Origin: an uncultured Porticoccus sp. | GTDB lineage: Bacteria > Pseudomonadota > Gammaproteobacteria > Pseudomonadales > Porticoccaceae | Length of the DNA stretch: 64,000 nt | Direction: 5' to 3' | Assembly (NCBI GenBank): GCA_964395715.1 | Contig: CAYNAU010000003.1 | Coordinates: forward strand, 254,847 to 318,846 | Shown: in pieces, positions 38,270-51,558 of the stretch | Layout: every line of letters starts with the position of its first letter | Position numbering within the stretch: the first letter of the stretch is position 1 | Program-made: the position numbers and the translations under genes | The notes under the pieces: generated by a model | The model's input: the letters and a program-made list of their open reading frames with translations, nothing else | Database searches by the model: none | What the model was told of the DNA's origin: nothing

Positions 38270-41200
38270 TGGCGTCCGGTTTCCTTTGGAGTAAGTCTTT
38301 CCAAGAGTGCCTGTATCTGAACCAGTCTCTGCTCGGTTGTGCTGGTTGGTATCGCAAACTTCAGTGTGGAGGCGCCTTGCAGAGAGAAAATTTTGGGTTC
38401 TTTCTGCACCATTTGCACAATGGTCAGTGGTTCGACCACGGTATCACTGCCAAACTCGACGCGTCCACCGCTTGGCCCGGATTCTACCTTACAGATACCC
38501 AGTTGGCGTGCTTCAAGTTTCAGCGCTGTGACCTTGAGCAGATTTTTCAGGTGGTCGGGTAACAGGCCAAAACGATCGATCATTTCCACCTGCAGTTCTT
38601 TGAGCTCCTCGTCGCTTTGTGCGTTGGCAATGCGTTTGTACATGATCAATCGCATGTGGACATCGGGAAGGAAGTCTTCGGGAATCAACGCCGGAATATT
38701 GAGATTGATTTCAATTTCTTCACTGAGGGGAATGTCGAGTTCAATGGACTTTCCCTTGCGGATGGCATCTACCGCGCGGTCAAGCAATTCCATGTAGAGG
38801 GTAAAACCGATGGACTGGATATGGCCACTCTGATCTTCACCCAGCAACTCGCCGGCACCGCGAATTTCCAGATCATGGGTTGCCAGCGTGAACCCCGAAC
38901 CGAGATGATTTGCGGCACTGATGGCTTCCAGCCGTTTCACGGCATCGTCGGTCATGGCCCTGGGTTCTGGCGTCAGCAGGTAGGCATAAGCCTGGTGGTG
39001 AGAGCGACCCACCCGGCCACGCAGTTGGTGCAGTTGCGCCAGACCCAGCTTGTCGGCGCGGTCGATCAGAATGGTGTTGGCGCTGGGAATATCGATGCCG
39101 GTTTCAATAATCGTGGTACACACCAGCACATTGAAGCGTTGGTGATAGAAGTCGGACATGACCCTTTCCAGGTCCCGCTCGCGCATCTGTCCGTGGGCAA
39201 TTTCCAGGCGTGCTTCCGGGATCAGTTCCTGCAGTTCCTGGGCTGTTTTGGCGATGCTCTTGACCTCGTTGTGCAGGAAGTAGACCTGTCCGCCACGCAG
39301 AATTTCCCTTAGCACTGCTTCGCGAATGACTCTCGAATCGCTCTGCCGTATAAAGGACTTTACCGACAATCTTCGTGCCGGGGGTGTGGCGATAATGGAC
39401 AAATCGCGAATGCCGGACATGGACAAGTTCAGTGTCCGGGGGATGGGGGTGGCAGTCAGGGTAAGAATATCCACTTCGGCGCGCAGCGCTTTGATCTTTT
39501 CTTTCTGACGAACTCCGAAACGGTGTTCCTCATCAATAATGAGAAGACCGAGGTTCTGATAATTGACCTTGGCGTGCAGCAGCTTATGGGTGCCGATGAG
39601 GATATCCACCTTGCCCCCGGCAGCGCGATCGAGCACCTGTTGTTGTTCTTTTTCTGTCCGGAAACGGGATAGTTCTTCAATGGTCACTGGCCAGTTGGCA
39701 AAGCGGTCGCGGAAATTTTCCAGGTGCTGGTGGGCCAGCAGGGTGGTTGGCACCAACATCACAACCTGTTTGCCACTGGCGACGGCAATAAAGGCGGCAC
39801 GCATCGCCACCTCGGTTTTGCCAAATCCCACATCACCGCACACCAGCCGGTCCATGGGTTGTTCTGCCAGCATGTCTTTCTTGACGGCTTCGATGGTCTC
39901 CAGCTGGTCCGGGGTCTCCTCAAAGGGGAAGTCAGCACAGAAAGCCCGGTAGTCAGCTTCCGGGTCCCGGCAGGCAAATCCCTTGCGTGCCGCCCGGGTG
40001 GCGTAGATGTCCAGCAATTCGGTGGCGGTGTCGCGTATCTGTTTCAGTGCCTTGCTTTTGGCTTTCTGCCACTGCTCACTACCGAGCCTGTGCAGCGGGG
40101 CGAGCTCTTCTTCCGAGCCGCTGTAACGGCTGATCATGTGCAGTGACGATACCGGGACGTAGAGTTTGGCGTCATCCGCATATTGAAGAGTCAGAAACTC
40201 CTGGGTTTCACCGGCGGCACCAATGGTCTGCAGGCCCAGGTATCGGCCGACACCATGTTCCATGTGTACTACCGGTGCGCCCACCCTCAATTCCGTAAGG
40301 TTTTTAATGACCTGGTCAGCGTCTTCACGTTGTTTGCTGCGGCGTCGGCGCTGCATCACTTGCTGGCCGAATAATTCTGTTTCCGAAATAACCGCCAGTG
40401 GAGGGGTATCCAGGCTGAAGCCACGGGTCAGCGGAAAGGTGGTGATGCCCAGCTTGTCGCTGCCCGAGGAAAAACACTGCCAGTTGCTGATATTGGCGGG
40501 CTTTATTCGGGCCTGGAGAAACAGTTCCAGCAGGCTTTCGCGGCGCCCTGCGGATTCGGCGCAGATCAGAACGCGCTGCGCAGTGTTTTCCAAAAAGGTT
40601 GCGAGCTTTTGGAGTGGGGCATCAGCTTTGGCGTCCACACTGACATCGGGCAAGGAGCGCAAACCCAGCGACAGGTTGGGTTTTGCGTCTGTGATCTGGT
40701 CTCGCAGTGCGGTGCGCGGGTAGGCTTTCAGTGACGCGAATAACTCGTCAACCGGGATAAAGACATCTTTCGGTGGCAGCAGCGGGCGGCAGGGGTCGAC
40801 GTTGTATTCCCGGTAGCGTTGGCTGGCATCCTGCCAGAATTTCTCTGCTGCCTGCTCTATGGTGCCCGCCGTGAAGAGTTGGCAGTTTTCAGGAAGGTAG
40901 GAAAACAGGCTGACGCAATGGTCAAAAAACAGGGGAAGAAAATATTCAACTCCCTGGGAGGGAATGCCTTCACTGACATCGCGAAACACCGGGCAGCGGC
41001 GCTCGTCCACATCAAATTGCGACAGCCAGTTGTCCTGAAAGCGTTTAATAGCGGCCTTGTCCAGTGGTACTTCCCGGGCCGGTAGCAGGCAAATGGTGTC
41101 AGTCTGTTCAAGGGTGCGCTGGGTTTCCGGATCAAATGTCCGCAACGTTTCAATTTCGTCATCAAACAGATCAATGCGAAATGGCAGGTTCGTTCCCATG

Positions 41201-41721
41201 GGAAAAATATCGATCAGGGCGCCACGAACTGCGAATTCCCCGTGCTCCACAACTGTATCCACACAGTGGTAACCGGCAGCTTCCAGTTGGCCGCGCAGCT
41301 CGTCCAGATTGACGTGATCCCCGATGGAGTAGACAAAGGCACGCTGGCTGACAAACTCCCTGGGTGGCAAGCGGTGCATCAAGGTGCTGACAGGGACGAC
41401 GACCACGCCAGTGGAAGCTTGCGGCAACCGGAACAGGGTGCGCAACCGCTCCGAAATAATGTCCTGGTGTGGAGAGAACAGGTCATAGGGAAGGGTTTCC
41501 CAGTCAGGAAAGTGGAAAACCGGATAGCTGTCGTCCAGAAAAAAACGCAGCTCGGTTTCCAGCTCCATCGCTGTTCGAGCTGACTCGGTAATCACCAGGG
41601 TCAGCCCCCGGTGTTGCTGACTGGCCTCGGCAATGGTGAGGGCAGTACCGGCTCCGTAGGCACCCTGCCAAAGGCGTTTGTCGCCCGGGGCATTGAGTGG
41701 CGGAAGTGACAGTATCGACAT
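38266..41721 (-). CDS. mfd: Transcription-repair coupling factor
   Basis: FPDWETLPYD, CarD-like domain, CGDVGFGKTEVAMRAA, DEEH, TATPIPRTL, QLRGRVGR, DLEIRGAG. Confidence 0.97.
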   Translation of the reverse strand: MSILSLPPLNAPGDKRLWQGAYGAGTALTIAEASQQHRGLTLVITESARTAMELETELRFFLDDSYPVFHFPDWETLPYDLFSPHQDIISERLRTLFRLPQASTGVVVVPVSTLMHRLPPREFVSQRAFVYSIGDHVNLDELRGQLEAAGYHCVDTVVEHGEFAVRGALIDIFPMGTNLPFRIDLFDDEIETLRTFDPETQRTLEQTDTICLLPAREVPLDKAAIKRFQDNWLSQFDVDERRCPVFRDVSEGIPSQGVEYFLPLFFDHCVSLFSYLPENCQLFTAGTIEQAAEKFWQDASQRYREYNVDPCRPLLPPKDVFIPVDELFASLKAYPRTALRDQITDAKPNLSLGLRSLPDVSVDAKADAPLQKLATFLENTAQRVLICAESAGRRESLLELFLQARIKPANISNWQCFSSGSDKLGITTFPLTRGFSLDTPPLAVISETELFGQQVMQRRRRSKQREDADQVIKNLTELRVGAPVVHMEHGVGRYLGLQTIGAAGETQEFLTLQYADDAKLYVPVSSLHMISRYSGSEEELAPLHRLGSEQWQKAKSKALKQIRDTATELLDIYATRAARKGFACRDPEADYRAFCADFPFEETPDQLETIEAVKKDMLAEQPMDRLVCGDVGFGKTEVAMRAAFIAVASGKQVVMLVPTTLLAHQHLENFRDRFANWPVTIEELSRFRTEKEQQQVLDRAAGGKVDILIGTHKLLHAKVNYQNLGLLIIDEEHRFGVRQKEKIKALRAEVDILTLTATPIPRTLNLSMSGIRDLSIIATPPARRLSVKSFIRQSDSRVIREAVLREILRGGQVYFLHNEVKSIAKTAQELQELIPEARLEIAHGQMRERDLERVMSDFYHQRFNVLVCTTIIETGIDIPSANTILIDRADKLGLAQLHQLRGRVGRSHHQAYAYLLTPEPRAMTDDAVKRLEAISAANHLGSGFTLATHDLEIRGAGELLGEDQSGHIQSIGFTLYMELLDRAVDAIRKGKSIELDIPLSEEIEINLNIPALIPEDFLPDVHMRLIMYKRIANAQSDEELKELQVEMIDRFGLLPDHLKNLLKVTALKLEARQLGICKVESGPSGGRVEFGSDTVVEPLTIVQMVQKEPKIFSLQGASTLKFAIPTSTTEQRLVQIQALLERLTPKETGRQ

Positions 41722-41810
41722 GCTGGAAATGTACTTTTGTGGTCGGGGAATCGAGGTGTGGTATTTTAGCGAGGCCGTTTGGAGATTGATATGTATACCT
41801 GGGAATTGTT

Positions 41811-42488
41811 GTGAGGCTAGCGCGTAAAGTCATACTGTGCTGGATGTGCCTGCTGCTGGTGGCCTGTGGGAACTCGCCCTTCAAGGTAAAGAATCTGGCG
41901 AAGACGGATATCGATATGGTGTCCGATGCCCATTACCGGGAAGTGGAAACCCTATTGAGAAAATTGACGATTAAGCTTTACAAGCGTAATCCGAGAGAAC
42001 TTCACAAGGGCAGTGATCCCACTATCGAACAGCGGGTTTCCCAAATTTTTGATACGCCCGGCAAGCTGCAGTTTGCTGAGTTGCCAGTGACGGGCACCAG
42101 GGCCATAGAGCTGTCCGTTGACCCCGCCTACAAGGGCGACAGGATATTTGCGCTTGTAGTCGGTTTGACGGACATGATTCGTGAATCCTACGGTTATCAG
42201 CACGACTTCTACCTGTTTTCAGAGCTTGACCACCAAAAGCTTTACCACAGCGCCCGCAATATCGAAATTGCGCTGTGGCGGATTGCCAGGGGTGTTGATG
42301 CAGGCAATAACCCCTTGATTCTCACCAACAGTTGGCGAGGGGAGCGGCGCAACCTGAGCTATGAACGGCTGTTCGGCAAGTTGATTGCGCTGCAGGATAT
42401 GATCGCTACGATTACAGCGCAGAAGAATCAGCGGGTGATCAAGACTGTGGCCCAGAATGTGGCAACCATGGCTTTTATTCCCCTGTAG
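41811..42488 (+). CDS. Hypothetical lipoprotein
   Basis: Lipobox LVAC; well-formed 225-aa ORF (KLYKRNP, LSYERLFGKLIA). Confidence 0.75.
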   Translation: MRLARKVILCWMCLLLVACGNSPFKVKNLAKTDIDMVSDAHYREVETLLRKLTIKLYKRNPRELHKGSDPTIEQRVSQIFDTPGKLQFAELPVTGTRAIELSVDPAYKGDRIFALVVGLTDMIRESYGYQHDFYLFSELDHQKLYHSARNIEIALWRIARGVDAGNNPLILTNSWRGERRNLSYERLFGKLIALQDMIATITAQKNQRVIKTVAQNVATMAFIPL

Positions 42489-42576
42489 GATAGGTACCGT
42501 CTAGGTTGAAAAGCGGGCTTTACTGACCCAAATCAATCATAGATGAACTGAAGTACCAGATATTCACCAGTCTTAG

Positions 42577-42605
42577 TTGCTCTGAAAACATTGAATACCG
42601 ATAAT
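42577..42605 (+). promoter_or_regulatory. Putative sigma70 promoter of gap
   Basis: TTGCTC-N17-GATAAT, ~60 bp upstream of the GTG start. Confidence 0.45.
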
Positions 42606-42665
42606 AGCGCCCCTCGACGGACTGTGCTCCGCAAAGCTCCTTGAATCTAGCGAGAGGTTGACTAA

Positions 42666-44126
42666 GTGACTGAACAAAACCGCCCGGTTCCCGCCGATTT
42701 TTTTGCTGACTGGAAAGAGCGCGAAGCGCTGGCAGAGGCCATGATTCCTCTGATTGGCAAGCTCTATCGTGAGAACAATGTGTCTCTCTATATGTACGGC
42801 CGGAATATGGTAAACCGCTCAGTGATCGAGCTGATGAAGGCGCACCGTTTTGTACGCCAGATCGAGCACAATGAGCTGTCCGAGTTTGAAACCTTTCCCT
42901 TGATCAAAGCGCTGGCCGAAATGGATCTGGGGCCTGCCCATATTGATATCGGCAAGCTCACCGTGAAGTATCAGGATTCTGGCAATGGTGAAGATCTGAC
43001 AGCCTTTTTGCAGCGCGAGGTGGGTGACGATATCGGCTGTATGCGTAAGCCACTGCCGCAACCTCAGGACATTGTTCTGTATGGTTTCGGTCGTATCGGT
43101 CGACTCCTGGCTCGGCTGTTGCTGGAAAAAACGGGCAGTGGTGACCTGCTGCGTTTGCGTGCCATTGTGGTGCGCAAGGGCAAAAGTGCAGACGATCTGG
43201 CAAAGCGTGCCAGCCTGCTGCGCAGGGATTCGGTACATGGTGCCTTTGACGGCACCATTCGTGTCCTGGAAGACAAGAATATCCTGGTGTGTAATGGCAA
43301 CCCGATCCAGGTGATTTATGCCAACTCTCCTGAGGAGGTGGATTACACCGAATACGGTATCAGCAATGCCATTGTCGTGGATAACACCGGTGTCTGGCGC
43401 GATGAAGAAGGTCTGGGCCAACATCTGAAGTGCCCCGGCGCCGGCAAGGTGATTCTGACAGCGCCCGGTAAAGGTGACATTCCCAATATTGTTTACGGTA
43501 TCAACCAGGGAGAAATCACCCCGGATTCCAAAATCATTTCTGCGGCGTCCTGCACTACCAACGCGATCGTGCCGGTTCTCAAGGCATTGATGGATGACTA
43601 CGGCATTGAGCGCGGCCATGTGGAAACGGTTCACTCGTACACCAACGACCAGAACCTGATTGATAACTATCACAAGGGTTCCCGTCGGGGTCGGAGCGCA
43701 CCATTGAATATGGTGATTACTGAAACAGGTGCAGCCAAAGCGGTGGCCAAGGCACTGCCGGAACTGGCCGGCAAACTTACCGGTAATGCCATCCGGGTGC
43801 CGACGCCAAATGTGTCCATGGCGATTCTGAATCTGCAGTTGGGTCGCGAGACCACCAAAGAAGAGCTGAACGAATATATGCGCAAGGTGGCACTGTACTC
43901 ACCCTTGCAGCAGCAGATTGACTACACCATTTCCTCGGAGGCGGTATCCACCGACTTTGTCGGTTCCAGACATGCCTGTATTTTTGATTCCGAGGCGACC
44001 ATTGTCAGTGGTGACAGCGTCGTACTTTACTGCTGGTACGACAATGAATTTGGATACAGCTGCCAGGTGGTTCGCTGCCTGGAAAAACTGGCCGGGCTTT
44101 CCTGGGCCATGTATCCGAAATCCTGA
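42666..44126 (+). CDS. gap: Glyceraldehyde-3-phosphate dehydrogenase (long, N-terminally extended type)
   Basis: YGFGRIGR, catalytic SAASCTTN, WYDNEFGY; ~130-aa N-terminal extension. Confidence 0.93.
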   Translation: MTEQNRPVPADFFADWKEREALAEAMIPLIGKLYRENNVSLYMYGRNMVNRSVIELMKAHRFVRQIEHNELSEFETFPLIKALAEMDLGPAHIDIGKLTVKYQDSGNGEDLTAFLQREVGDDIGCMRKPLPQPQDIVLYGFGRIGRLLARLLLEKTGSGDLLRLRAIVVRKGKSADDLAKRASLLRRDSVHGAFDGTIRVLEDKNILVCNGNPIQVIYANSPEEVDYTEYGISNAIVVDNTGVWRDEEGLGQHLKCPGAGKVILTAPGKGDIPNIVYGINQGEITPDSKIISAASCTTNAIVPVLKALMDDYGIERGHVETVHSYTNDQNLIDNYHKGSRRGRSAPLNMVITETGAAKAVAKALPELAGKLTGNAIRVPTPNVSMAILNLQLGRETTKEELNEYMRKVALYSPLQQQIDYTISSEAVSTDFVGSRHACIFDSEATIVSGDSVVLYCWYDNEFGYSCQVVRCLEKLAGLSWAMYPKS

Positions 44127-44134
44127 CAAAAAAG

Positions 44135-44160
44135 AAGCCGCACTCTGTTGCGGCTTTTTT
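44135..44160 (+). terminator. Rho-independent terminator after gap
   Basis: AAGCCGCA-ctctgt-TGCGGCTT followed by TTTT; A-tract upstream. Confidence 0.8.
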
Positions 44161-44407
44161 GTGGCCGGGCCGGTAACTGGCGCAGAAATACTGGTGTCAG
44201 GGCGAATAGCCCCACCTTTCGCACTGGTAATAGAAGGCGCTGACCTTTATAATCCCGGCGTTTTGTTGGTCAGCATTATCGGCCTGACGCGGGCTGTTTT
44301 TGCTGCTATCAGGTGACGGTTACCTCCGTTGCCTGTTGTCGCTGACAAGCGATAAAAAAATTGGGGCTCTTCGAGTAGAGCGAAAAAATCATAAACCGCA
44401 TCAGTAG

Positions 44408-45763
<1,356 letters not shown>

Positions 45764-45765
45764 TA

Positions 45766-46968
45766 GTGAAAGCGTTGCGTAACTATCTCGACAAGATCGA
45801 GCCACACTTCGAAGAGGGTGGCAAATGGCACAAGTGGTTTGCCCTCTATGAAGCTGTAGATACCATTTTCTATTCTCCGGGTTCGGTGACCAAAAACGGT
45901 TCACATATCCGCGATGGTATTGACCTGAAGCGCGTCATGATCACCGTCTGGCTGGCGGCTTTCCCTGCCATGTTCTACGGCATGTACAACCTGGGTTTTC
46001 AGGCCAACACCATTCTTGCGGCCACCGGCACTACAGACGTCGCCGGTTGGCACGGTGCACTGATTTCCCTGCTGGCCGGTCATGACCCGAACAGTATTTG
46101 GGATTGTATGTGGTACGGTGCGGTCTACTTTATACCGATCTACATGGTGACCTTTATTGTCGGCGGCTTCTGGGAAGTGCTGTTTGCCATGGTGCGCGGA
46201 CATGAAGTTAACGAAGGCTTTTTTGTCACCTCCATTCTTTTTGCCCTGATCTGTCCCCCCGACATGCCCCTGTGGCAGGTGGCGCTGGGTATCAGCTTCG
46301 GTGTGGTAATCGGTAAGGAAGTGTTCGGCGGAACCGGCAAGAATTTCCTCAACCCGGCTCTGACTGGTAGGGCTTTCCTGTTCTTTGCTTACCCCGCAGA
46401 AATGTCCGGTGATGCAGTCTGGACCGCTGTCGATGGTTATACCGGCGCGACGGCACTGTCAATGGCTGCACAACAGGGTATGGATGTGTTGCAGCAGCAG
46501 ATGACCTGGATGGATGCATTTTTCGGTAACATGCACGGTTCAATTGGAGAAACCTCAACCCTGGCGATCTTTATCGGTGGTGCGCTGTTGCTACTTAACC
46601 GCATTGCCTCCTGGCGGATTATGGCCGGTGTGATGATCGGTATGATTGCGCTGTCATCGCTGTTTAATCTGATCGGCTCTGATACCAATCCGATGTTCAA
46701 TGTGCCCTGGTACTGGCACATGGTCATGGGCGGCTTTGCCTTCGGTATGGTGTTTATGGCAACCGATCCGGTGTCTGCGTCCATGACGGATACCGGCAAA
46801 CTATGGTTTGGTGCCCTGATAGGTGTCATGGTGGTGCTGATCCGCGTTGTTAACCCGGCGTTCCCGGAGGGTATGATGCTGGCGATCCTGTTCGCCAACC
46901 TGTTTGCACCATTGATCGATCACTTTGTGGTTGAAGCTAATATCAAGCGGAGGGTGGCACGTGGCTAG
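45766..46968 (+). CDS. nqrB: Na+-NQR subunit B
   Basis: [27 protein letters not shown]-attachment [12 protein letters not shown]. Confidence 0.96.
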   Translation: MKALRNYLDKIEPHFEEGGKWHKWFALYEAVDTIFYSPGSVTKNGSHIRDGIDLKRVMITVWLAAFPAMFYGMYNLGFQANTILAATGTTDVAGWHGALISLLAGHDPNSIWDCMWYGAVYFIPIYMVTFIVGGFWEVLFAMVRGHEVNEGFFVTSILFALICPPDMPLWQVALGISFGVVIGKEVFGGTGKNFLNPALTGRAFLFFAYPAEMSGDAVWTAVDGYTGATALSMAAQQGMDVLQQQMTWMDAFFGNMHGSIGETSTLAIFIGGALLLLNRIASWRIMAGVMIGMIALSSLFNLIGSDTNPMFNVPWYWHMVMGGFAFGMVFMATDPVSASMTDTGKLWFGALIGVMVVLIRVVNPAFPEGMMLAILFANLFAPLIDHFVVEANIKRRVARG

Positions 46969-47734
46969 TAACGATTCGATTTCCAAAACTATCACCGTTG
47001 CGCTGGCGCTCTGCATTGTCTGCTCAGTCTTTGTTTCCACAGCGGCAGTCATGTTGCGTCCTGCACAGCAGGTGAATAAGGATCTTGACCGGAAAACCAA
47101 CATTCTGGCAGCGGCCGGCATGTTGAAGCCCGGTCTCAGTGTGGATGAGCAGTTCGCTAATGTGACAACCCGTGCTGTCGACATGAAAACCGGTAAATTT
47201 AGCGATGCCGTTGATGTGTCCAGCTACGATCAGCGCAAATCTGCAAAAGTGCCCTCTATGTCAACCGACCTGAGCGATGAAGAAGACATCGCCAAGATCG
47301 GTCGTCGTGCCGACTACGCGCTTGTCTATATTGTTGAAGGTGATTCCGGTATCGACAAAGTCATCCTGCCGATCAAGGGCTACGGCCTGTGGTCGACTCT
47401 TTATGGCTTTATCGCGCTGGAGTCTGACCTCAACACGGTCGCTGGTCTCGGCTTCTACGAGCACGCTGAAACCCCCGGCCTCGGTGGTGAGGTAGACAAC
47501 CCAAGCTGGAAAGCGAAGTGGGTTGGCAAGGAAACCTACGGCGAAGACAACAAGGCGATACTGACGGTTATCAAGGGGACAGTCGACAACACTCGGCCCG
47601 AGGCATCCCATCAGGTTGATGGATTGTCGGGGGCGACCCTCACTAGTCGTGGTGTCGATAACCTGATTAAATTCTGGATGGGCGATAACGGCTTTGCCCC
47701 ATTCCTGGCTAACTTGCGTGCAGGGGAGGCCTGA
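46961..47734 (+). CDS. nqrC: Na+-NQR subunit C
   Basis: GTG start at 46961; [29 protein letters not shown] (FMN site). Confidence 0.95.
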   Translation: MASNDSISKTITVALALCIVCSVFVSTAAVMLRPAQQVNKDLDRKTNILAAAGMLKPGLSVDEQFANVTTRAVDMKTGKFSDAVDVSSYDQRKSAKVPSMSTDLSDEEDIAKIGRRADYALVYIVEGDSGIDKVILPIKGYGLWSTLYGFIALESDLNTVAGLGFYEHAETPGLGGEVDNPSWKAKWVGKETYGEDNKAILTVIKGTVDNTRPEASHQVDGLSGATLTSRGVDNLIKFWMGDNGFAPFLANLRAGEA

Positions 47735-47736
47735 TC

Positions 47737-48402
47737 ATGGCGACGAAAACAAAAGATGTTTTATTAAATCCAATTTTCGACAATAACCCGATTGCGCTGC
47801 AGATTCTCGGTATTTGTTCTGCATTGGCGGTAACCTCCAGTCTGCAGGTCTCATTCGTAATGTGTATTGCACTGACACTGGTGACGGCATTCTCGAGCAT
47901 GTTCGTGTCGATGATTCGCCATCACATTCCGTCCAGTATCCGCATTATTGTGCAGATGACCATTATTGCATCACTGGTTATCGTGGTTGATCAGATCCTC
48001 AAGGCTGTGGCTTACGATATCAGTAAGCAGTTGTCTGTTTTTGTGGGACTGATTATCACCAACTGTATCGTAATGGGTCGTGCTGAAGCCTATGCCATGA
48101 AAAACCCGCCGATTCCCAGCTTTCTGGATGGTATCGGGAATGGCCTGGGATACAGTGTGATCCTGTTGGTGCTGGCCTTTATCCGCGAGCTGTTTGGTTC
48201 CGGCAAACTGTTTGGCTTTGAAGTTCTGCCGCTGGCAAGCACCGGTGGCTGGTACGTGCCCAACGGTCTTCTGCTTCTGCCGCCAAGCGCTTTCTTCCTG
48301 ATCGGCTTGTTTATCTGGGCACTGCGTACCTGGAAAAAATCTCAGGTTGAAGCCCCTGAGTTCAAGATTGCACCCAATACGCCGAAAGGGGAGGTTGCCT
48401 GA
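47737..48402 (+). CDS. nqrD: Na+-NQR subunit D
   Basis: [32 protein letters not shown]. Confidence 0.96.
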   Translation: MATKTKDVLLNPIFDNNPIALQILGICSALAVTSSLQVSFVMCIALTLVTAFSSMFVSMIRHHIPSSIRIIVQMTIIASLVIVVDQILKAVAYDISKQLSVFVGLIITNCIVMGRAEAYAMKNPPIPSFLDGIGNGLGYSVILLVLAFIRELFGSGKLFGFEVLPLASTGGWYVPNGLLLLPPSAFFLIGLFIWALRTWKKSQVEAPEFKIAPNTPKGEVA

Positions 48403-49019
48403 TGGAACATTTACTCGGTTTGTTTGTGCGCTCTGTTTTCATTGAAAACATGGCGCTGGCCTTTTTCTTGGGCATGTGTACGTTCCTCGCGATCTCGAAA
48501 AAGGTTCAGGCGGCCATCGGTCTGGGTATCGCGGTCATTGTGGTACTGACCATTACCGTGCCGGCCAACAATCTGATCTTTACCTACCTGTTGTCTGAAG
48601 GGGCGCTGAGCTGGACAGGCATTGATGGCATGGAAAATGTGGATCTGAGCTTCCTGGGTCTGCTGAGCTACATTGGTGTGATTGCGGCAATCGTGCAGAT
48701 CATGGAAATGTTTCTCGATAAGTACGTACCAGCACTCTATAACGCCCTGGGTGTGTTCCTGCCATTGATTACGGTGAACTGTGCCATTCTCGGCGCGTCC
48801 CTCTTCATGGTGGAGCGCGACTACGATTTGGCTGAAAGCACCGTCTTCGGGTTTGGCGCAGGTGTTGGCTGGGCTCTGGCAATCATTGCCCTGGCAGGTG
48901 TACGCGAGAAATTAAAGTACAGCGATGTCCCTGCCGGTCTGCAAGGCCTGGGCATTACCTTTATCACTGTCGGACTGATGTCGTTGGGCTTTATGTCTTT
49001 CGGCGGTATCGATCTGTAA
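48402..49019 (+). CDS. nqrE: Na+-NQR subunit E
   Basis: [26 protein letters not shown]. Confidence 0.96.
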   Translation: MEHLLGLFVRSVFIENMALAFFLGMCTFLAISKKVQAAIGLGIAVIVVLTITVPANNLIFTYLLSEGALSWTGIDGMENVDLSFLGLLSYIGVIAAIVQIMEMFLDKYVPALYNALGVFLPLITVNCAILGASLFMVERDYDLAESTVFGFGAGVGWALAIIALAGVREKLKYSDVPAGLQGLGITFITVGLMSLGFMSFGGIDL

Positions 49020-49040
49020 TCGGCGAGGAGAAGATAGATA

Positions 49041-50264
49041 ATGAATCTGGAAATCATACTCGGCGTCGTGATGTTCACCGTAGTGGTGTTGGCGTTAGTG
49101 GCGTTCATTCTTGCCGCTCGTGCTCGCCTTGTGAGCTCGGGTGACGTCACCATTGATATCAATGGTGAGAAAACCATTACCGTACCTGCCGGTGACAAAC
49201 TGTTGCAGACACTGTCTGCTGCAGGACTGTTTCTGCCTTCTGCCTGTGGTGGTGGCGGTAGCTGTGCCCAGTGTAAATGTATCGTGACTGACGGTGGTGG
49301 CGCCATGCTACCCACAGAGGAAGCCCACTTTACGCGTCGTGAAGCCAATGAAGGTTGGCGCCTGTCCTGTCAGACTCCGGTCAAACAGGACATGAAAGTG
49401 GAAGTGCCGGAAGAAGTGTTTGGTGTAAAACAGTGGGAATGTACGGTTGATAGCAACCCCAATGTGGCCACCTTTATCAAAGAGTTGACCTTGCGTTTGC
49501 CGGAAGGGGAGAACGTCGATTTCCGTGCCGGTGGTTATGTTCAGCTGGAATGTCCTCCTCACCGTGTCAAATACAGTGATTTTGATATAGAGGAAGAATA
49601 TCGCGGTGACTGGGAGCGTTTCGGCTTCTTCAATCTGGAGTCGATCGTGAATGAGACAACCATTCGCGCTTACTCCATGGCCAACTACCCGGAAGAGAAA
49701 GGCGTGGTGAAATTCAATATTCGCTGTGCCACTCCGCCACCCGGCTCTCAGGGTATTCCCCCGGGCATCATGTCGTCCTGGGTATTCAACCTGAAACCCG
49801 GTGATAAGGTAAAAGTCTACGGTCCGTTTGGTGAGTTTTTCGCGAAGGATACAGACAATGAAATGGTGTTTATCGGCGGCGGTGCGGGTATGGCGCCAAT
49901 GCGTTCGCACATTTTTGACCAGCTGCGTCGGATCAAAACTGACCGGAAAATTTCTTTCTGGTACGGTGCACGCTCTCTGCGCGAATGCTTCTACTCAGAA
50001 GAGTATGATGAACTCCAGGCTGAAAACGAGAATTTTAAATGGCATCTGGCCCTGTCCGATCCACAACCGGAAGATAACTGGGAAGGTCTCACCGGTTTTA
50101 TTCACCAGGTCCTGTTTGAAAACTACCTGAAAGATCATCCGGCTCCGGAGGATTGTGAATATTATATGTGCGGGCCGCCGATGATGAATGCCGCCGTGAT
50201 CAAGATGCTGGTAGACCTCGGTGTTGAACGCGACAACATCTTCCTTGATGACTTCGGTGGTTGA
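49041..50264 (+). CDS. nqrF: Na+-NQR subunit F
   Basis: 2Fe-2[11 protein letters not shown]...[38 protein letters not shown]. Confidence 0.97.
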   Translation: MNLEIILGVVMFTVVVLALVAFILAARARLVSSGDVTIDINGEKTITVPAGDKLLQTLSAAGLFLPSACGGGGSCAQCKCIVTDGGGAMLPTEEAHFTRREANEGWRLSCQTPVKQDMKVEVPEEVFGVKQWECTVDSNPNVATFIKELTLRLPEGENVDFRAGGYVQLECPPHRVKYSDFDIEEEYRGDWERFGFFNLESIVNETTIRAYSMANYPEEKGVVKFNIRCATPPPGSQGIPPGIMSSWVFNLKPGDKVKVYGPFGEFFAKDTDNEMVFIGGGAGMAPMRSHIFDQLRRIKTDRKISFWYGARSLRECFYSEEYDELQAENENFKWHLALSDPQPEDNWEGLTGFIHQVLFENYLKDHPAPEDCEYYMCGPPMMNAAVIKMLVDLGVERDNIFLDDFGG

Positions 50265-51313
50265 TGATTATTTCTCTATTAACAAGAACAACGAAAACGG
50301 GGCCAGGGGCCTCGTTTTTGTTTGCCCTGCTTGCTTCTCTGTTGCTATCGGCATGCTCCGAGAAACCGGAGCAACTGGTTTTCAGCGGGTTGACCATGGG
50401 CACCACCTATCAGGTCAAAGTGGTGCCGGATCAGCTGCCTGTGCCGGCGAATCTCGGGCAGACCATTCAGGCCACCCTTGAACAGCTCGACAATACCTTT
50501 AGCACTTACCAGTCTGACTCTGAGCTGATGTCTCTTAACCGGACTCCTGTTGGTGAGACAGTATCGTTGTCGGTACCGATGCTGCGTGTGCTGGGTACTT
50601 CCAATCAGGTATTCCAGTTAACAGGGGGTGCATTTGATCCCACCGTTGGGCCGCTGGTTAATCTTTGGGGGTTTGGTCCTGAGCTGTCGCAGGATAAGGT
50701 GCCGGAGCTATCAAAGATCAAAAAGCAGCTTAACCGTATCGGTTTTAGGAAACTGGCAGTCGATCGCCAGACTGCGAGTGCCAGACGCACTGCCGATATA
50801 CAGTTGGACTTGTCGGCGGTGGCCAAGGGTTATGCAGTGGATGTGATTGCCGAACTGCTGATTTCACTTGGCCTGGAAAACTATCTGGTCGAGGTGGGTG
50901 GTGAACTGCGTACCAACGGCCTGAAAGTGAACGGTCAACCTTGGCGTATCGCTATAGAAAGCCCCACCCTGGAACGTCGGGAAGTGCAGCAGGCACTGGC
51001 CCTTGGCAATGCAGCCATTGCGACTTCCGGGGATTATCGCAATTACTTTGAGCGGGGTGGGAAACGCTATTCCCACACTATTGATCCCCGCACGGGTTTT
51101 CCTATCACCCATCAACTCGCCTCTGTTACCGTGATTGCCTCGGATACGGCCTATGCTGATGCCCTGGCGACTGGACTGATGGTAATGGGTCACAGTGAGT
51201 CATTGGCATTAGCCGAAAAAAATGACCTTGCCATCTATCTGCTGGTCAAAGAAGGGGCTGAATTTAAGGCCTACTATTCGGCGGCCTTTGCACCTTATCT
51301 TTCAGGAGAATAA
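50261..51313 (+). CDS. apbE: FAD:protein FMN transferase (lipoprotein)
   Basis: Lipobox [44 protein letters not shown]. Confidence 0.93.
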   Translation: MMIISLLTRTTKTGPGASFLFALLASLLLSACSEKPEQLVFSGLTMGTTYQVKVVPDQLPVPANLGQTIQATLEQLDNTFSTYQSDSELMSLNRTPVGETVSLSVPMLRVLGTSNQVFQLTGGAFDPTVGPLVNLWGFGPELSQDKVPELSKIKKQLNRIGFRKLAVDRQTASARRTADIQLDLSAVAKGYAVDVIAELLISLGLENYLVEVGGELRTNGLKVNGQPWRIAIESPTLERREVQQALALGNAAIATSGDYRNYFERGGKRYSHTIDPRTGFPITHQLASVTVIASDTAYADALATGLMVMGHSESLALAEKNDLAIYLLVKEGAEFKAYYSAAFAPYLSGE

Positions 51314-51315
51314 TT

Positions 51316-51552
51316 GTGCTTGAAGTATTACTTGCCTTTATCGTGGTGCTGATGATCATCTGCGGCATGGCTATCGGTGTGATTCTTGGCAAAAAGCCAC
51401 TAAAAGGTTCCTGTGGCGGAGTGGGCGCAGCATTGGGTGAGAAAGATTACGTTTGCGATATCTGCGGGGATGATCCCCAAAAGTGTGTTGAAACAGAGTC
51501 CACAGACGAGGGGCGGGCAAAGACTGATCTGGGCTATGACGCCACGCGTTGA
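51316..51552 (+). CDS. nqrM: Na+-NQR maturation factor NqrM
   Basis: TM segment followed by KGSCGG and CDIC...C; follows apbE. Confidence 0.88.
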   Translation: MLEVLLAFIVVLMIICGMAIGVILGKKPLKGSCGGVGAALGEKDYVCDICGDDPQKCVETESTDEGRAKTDLGYDATR

Positions 51553-51558
51553 TAGTCG

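Noticed and set aside
42819-43673. 284-aa antisense ORF in gap
   Set aside because: Shadow ORF of a highly biased housekeeping gene; no independent SD or domain.
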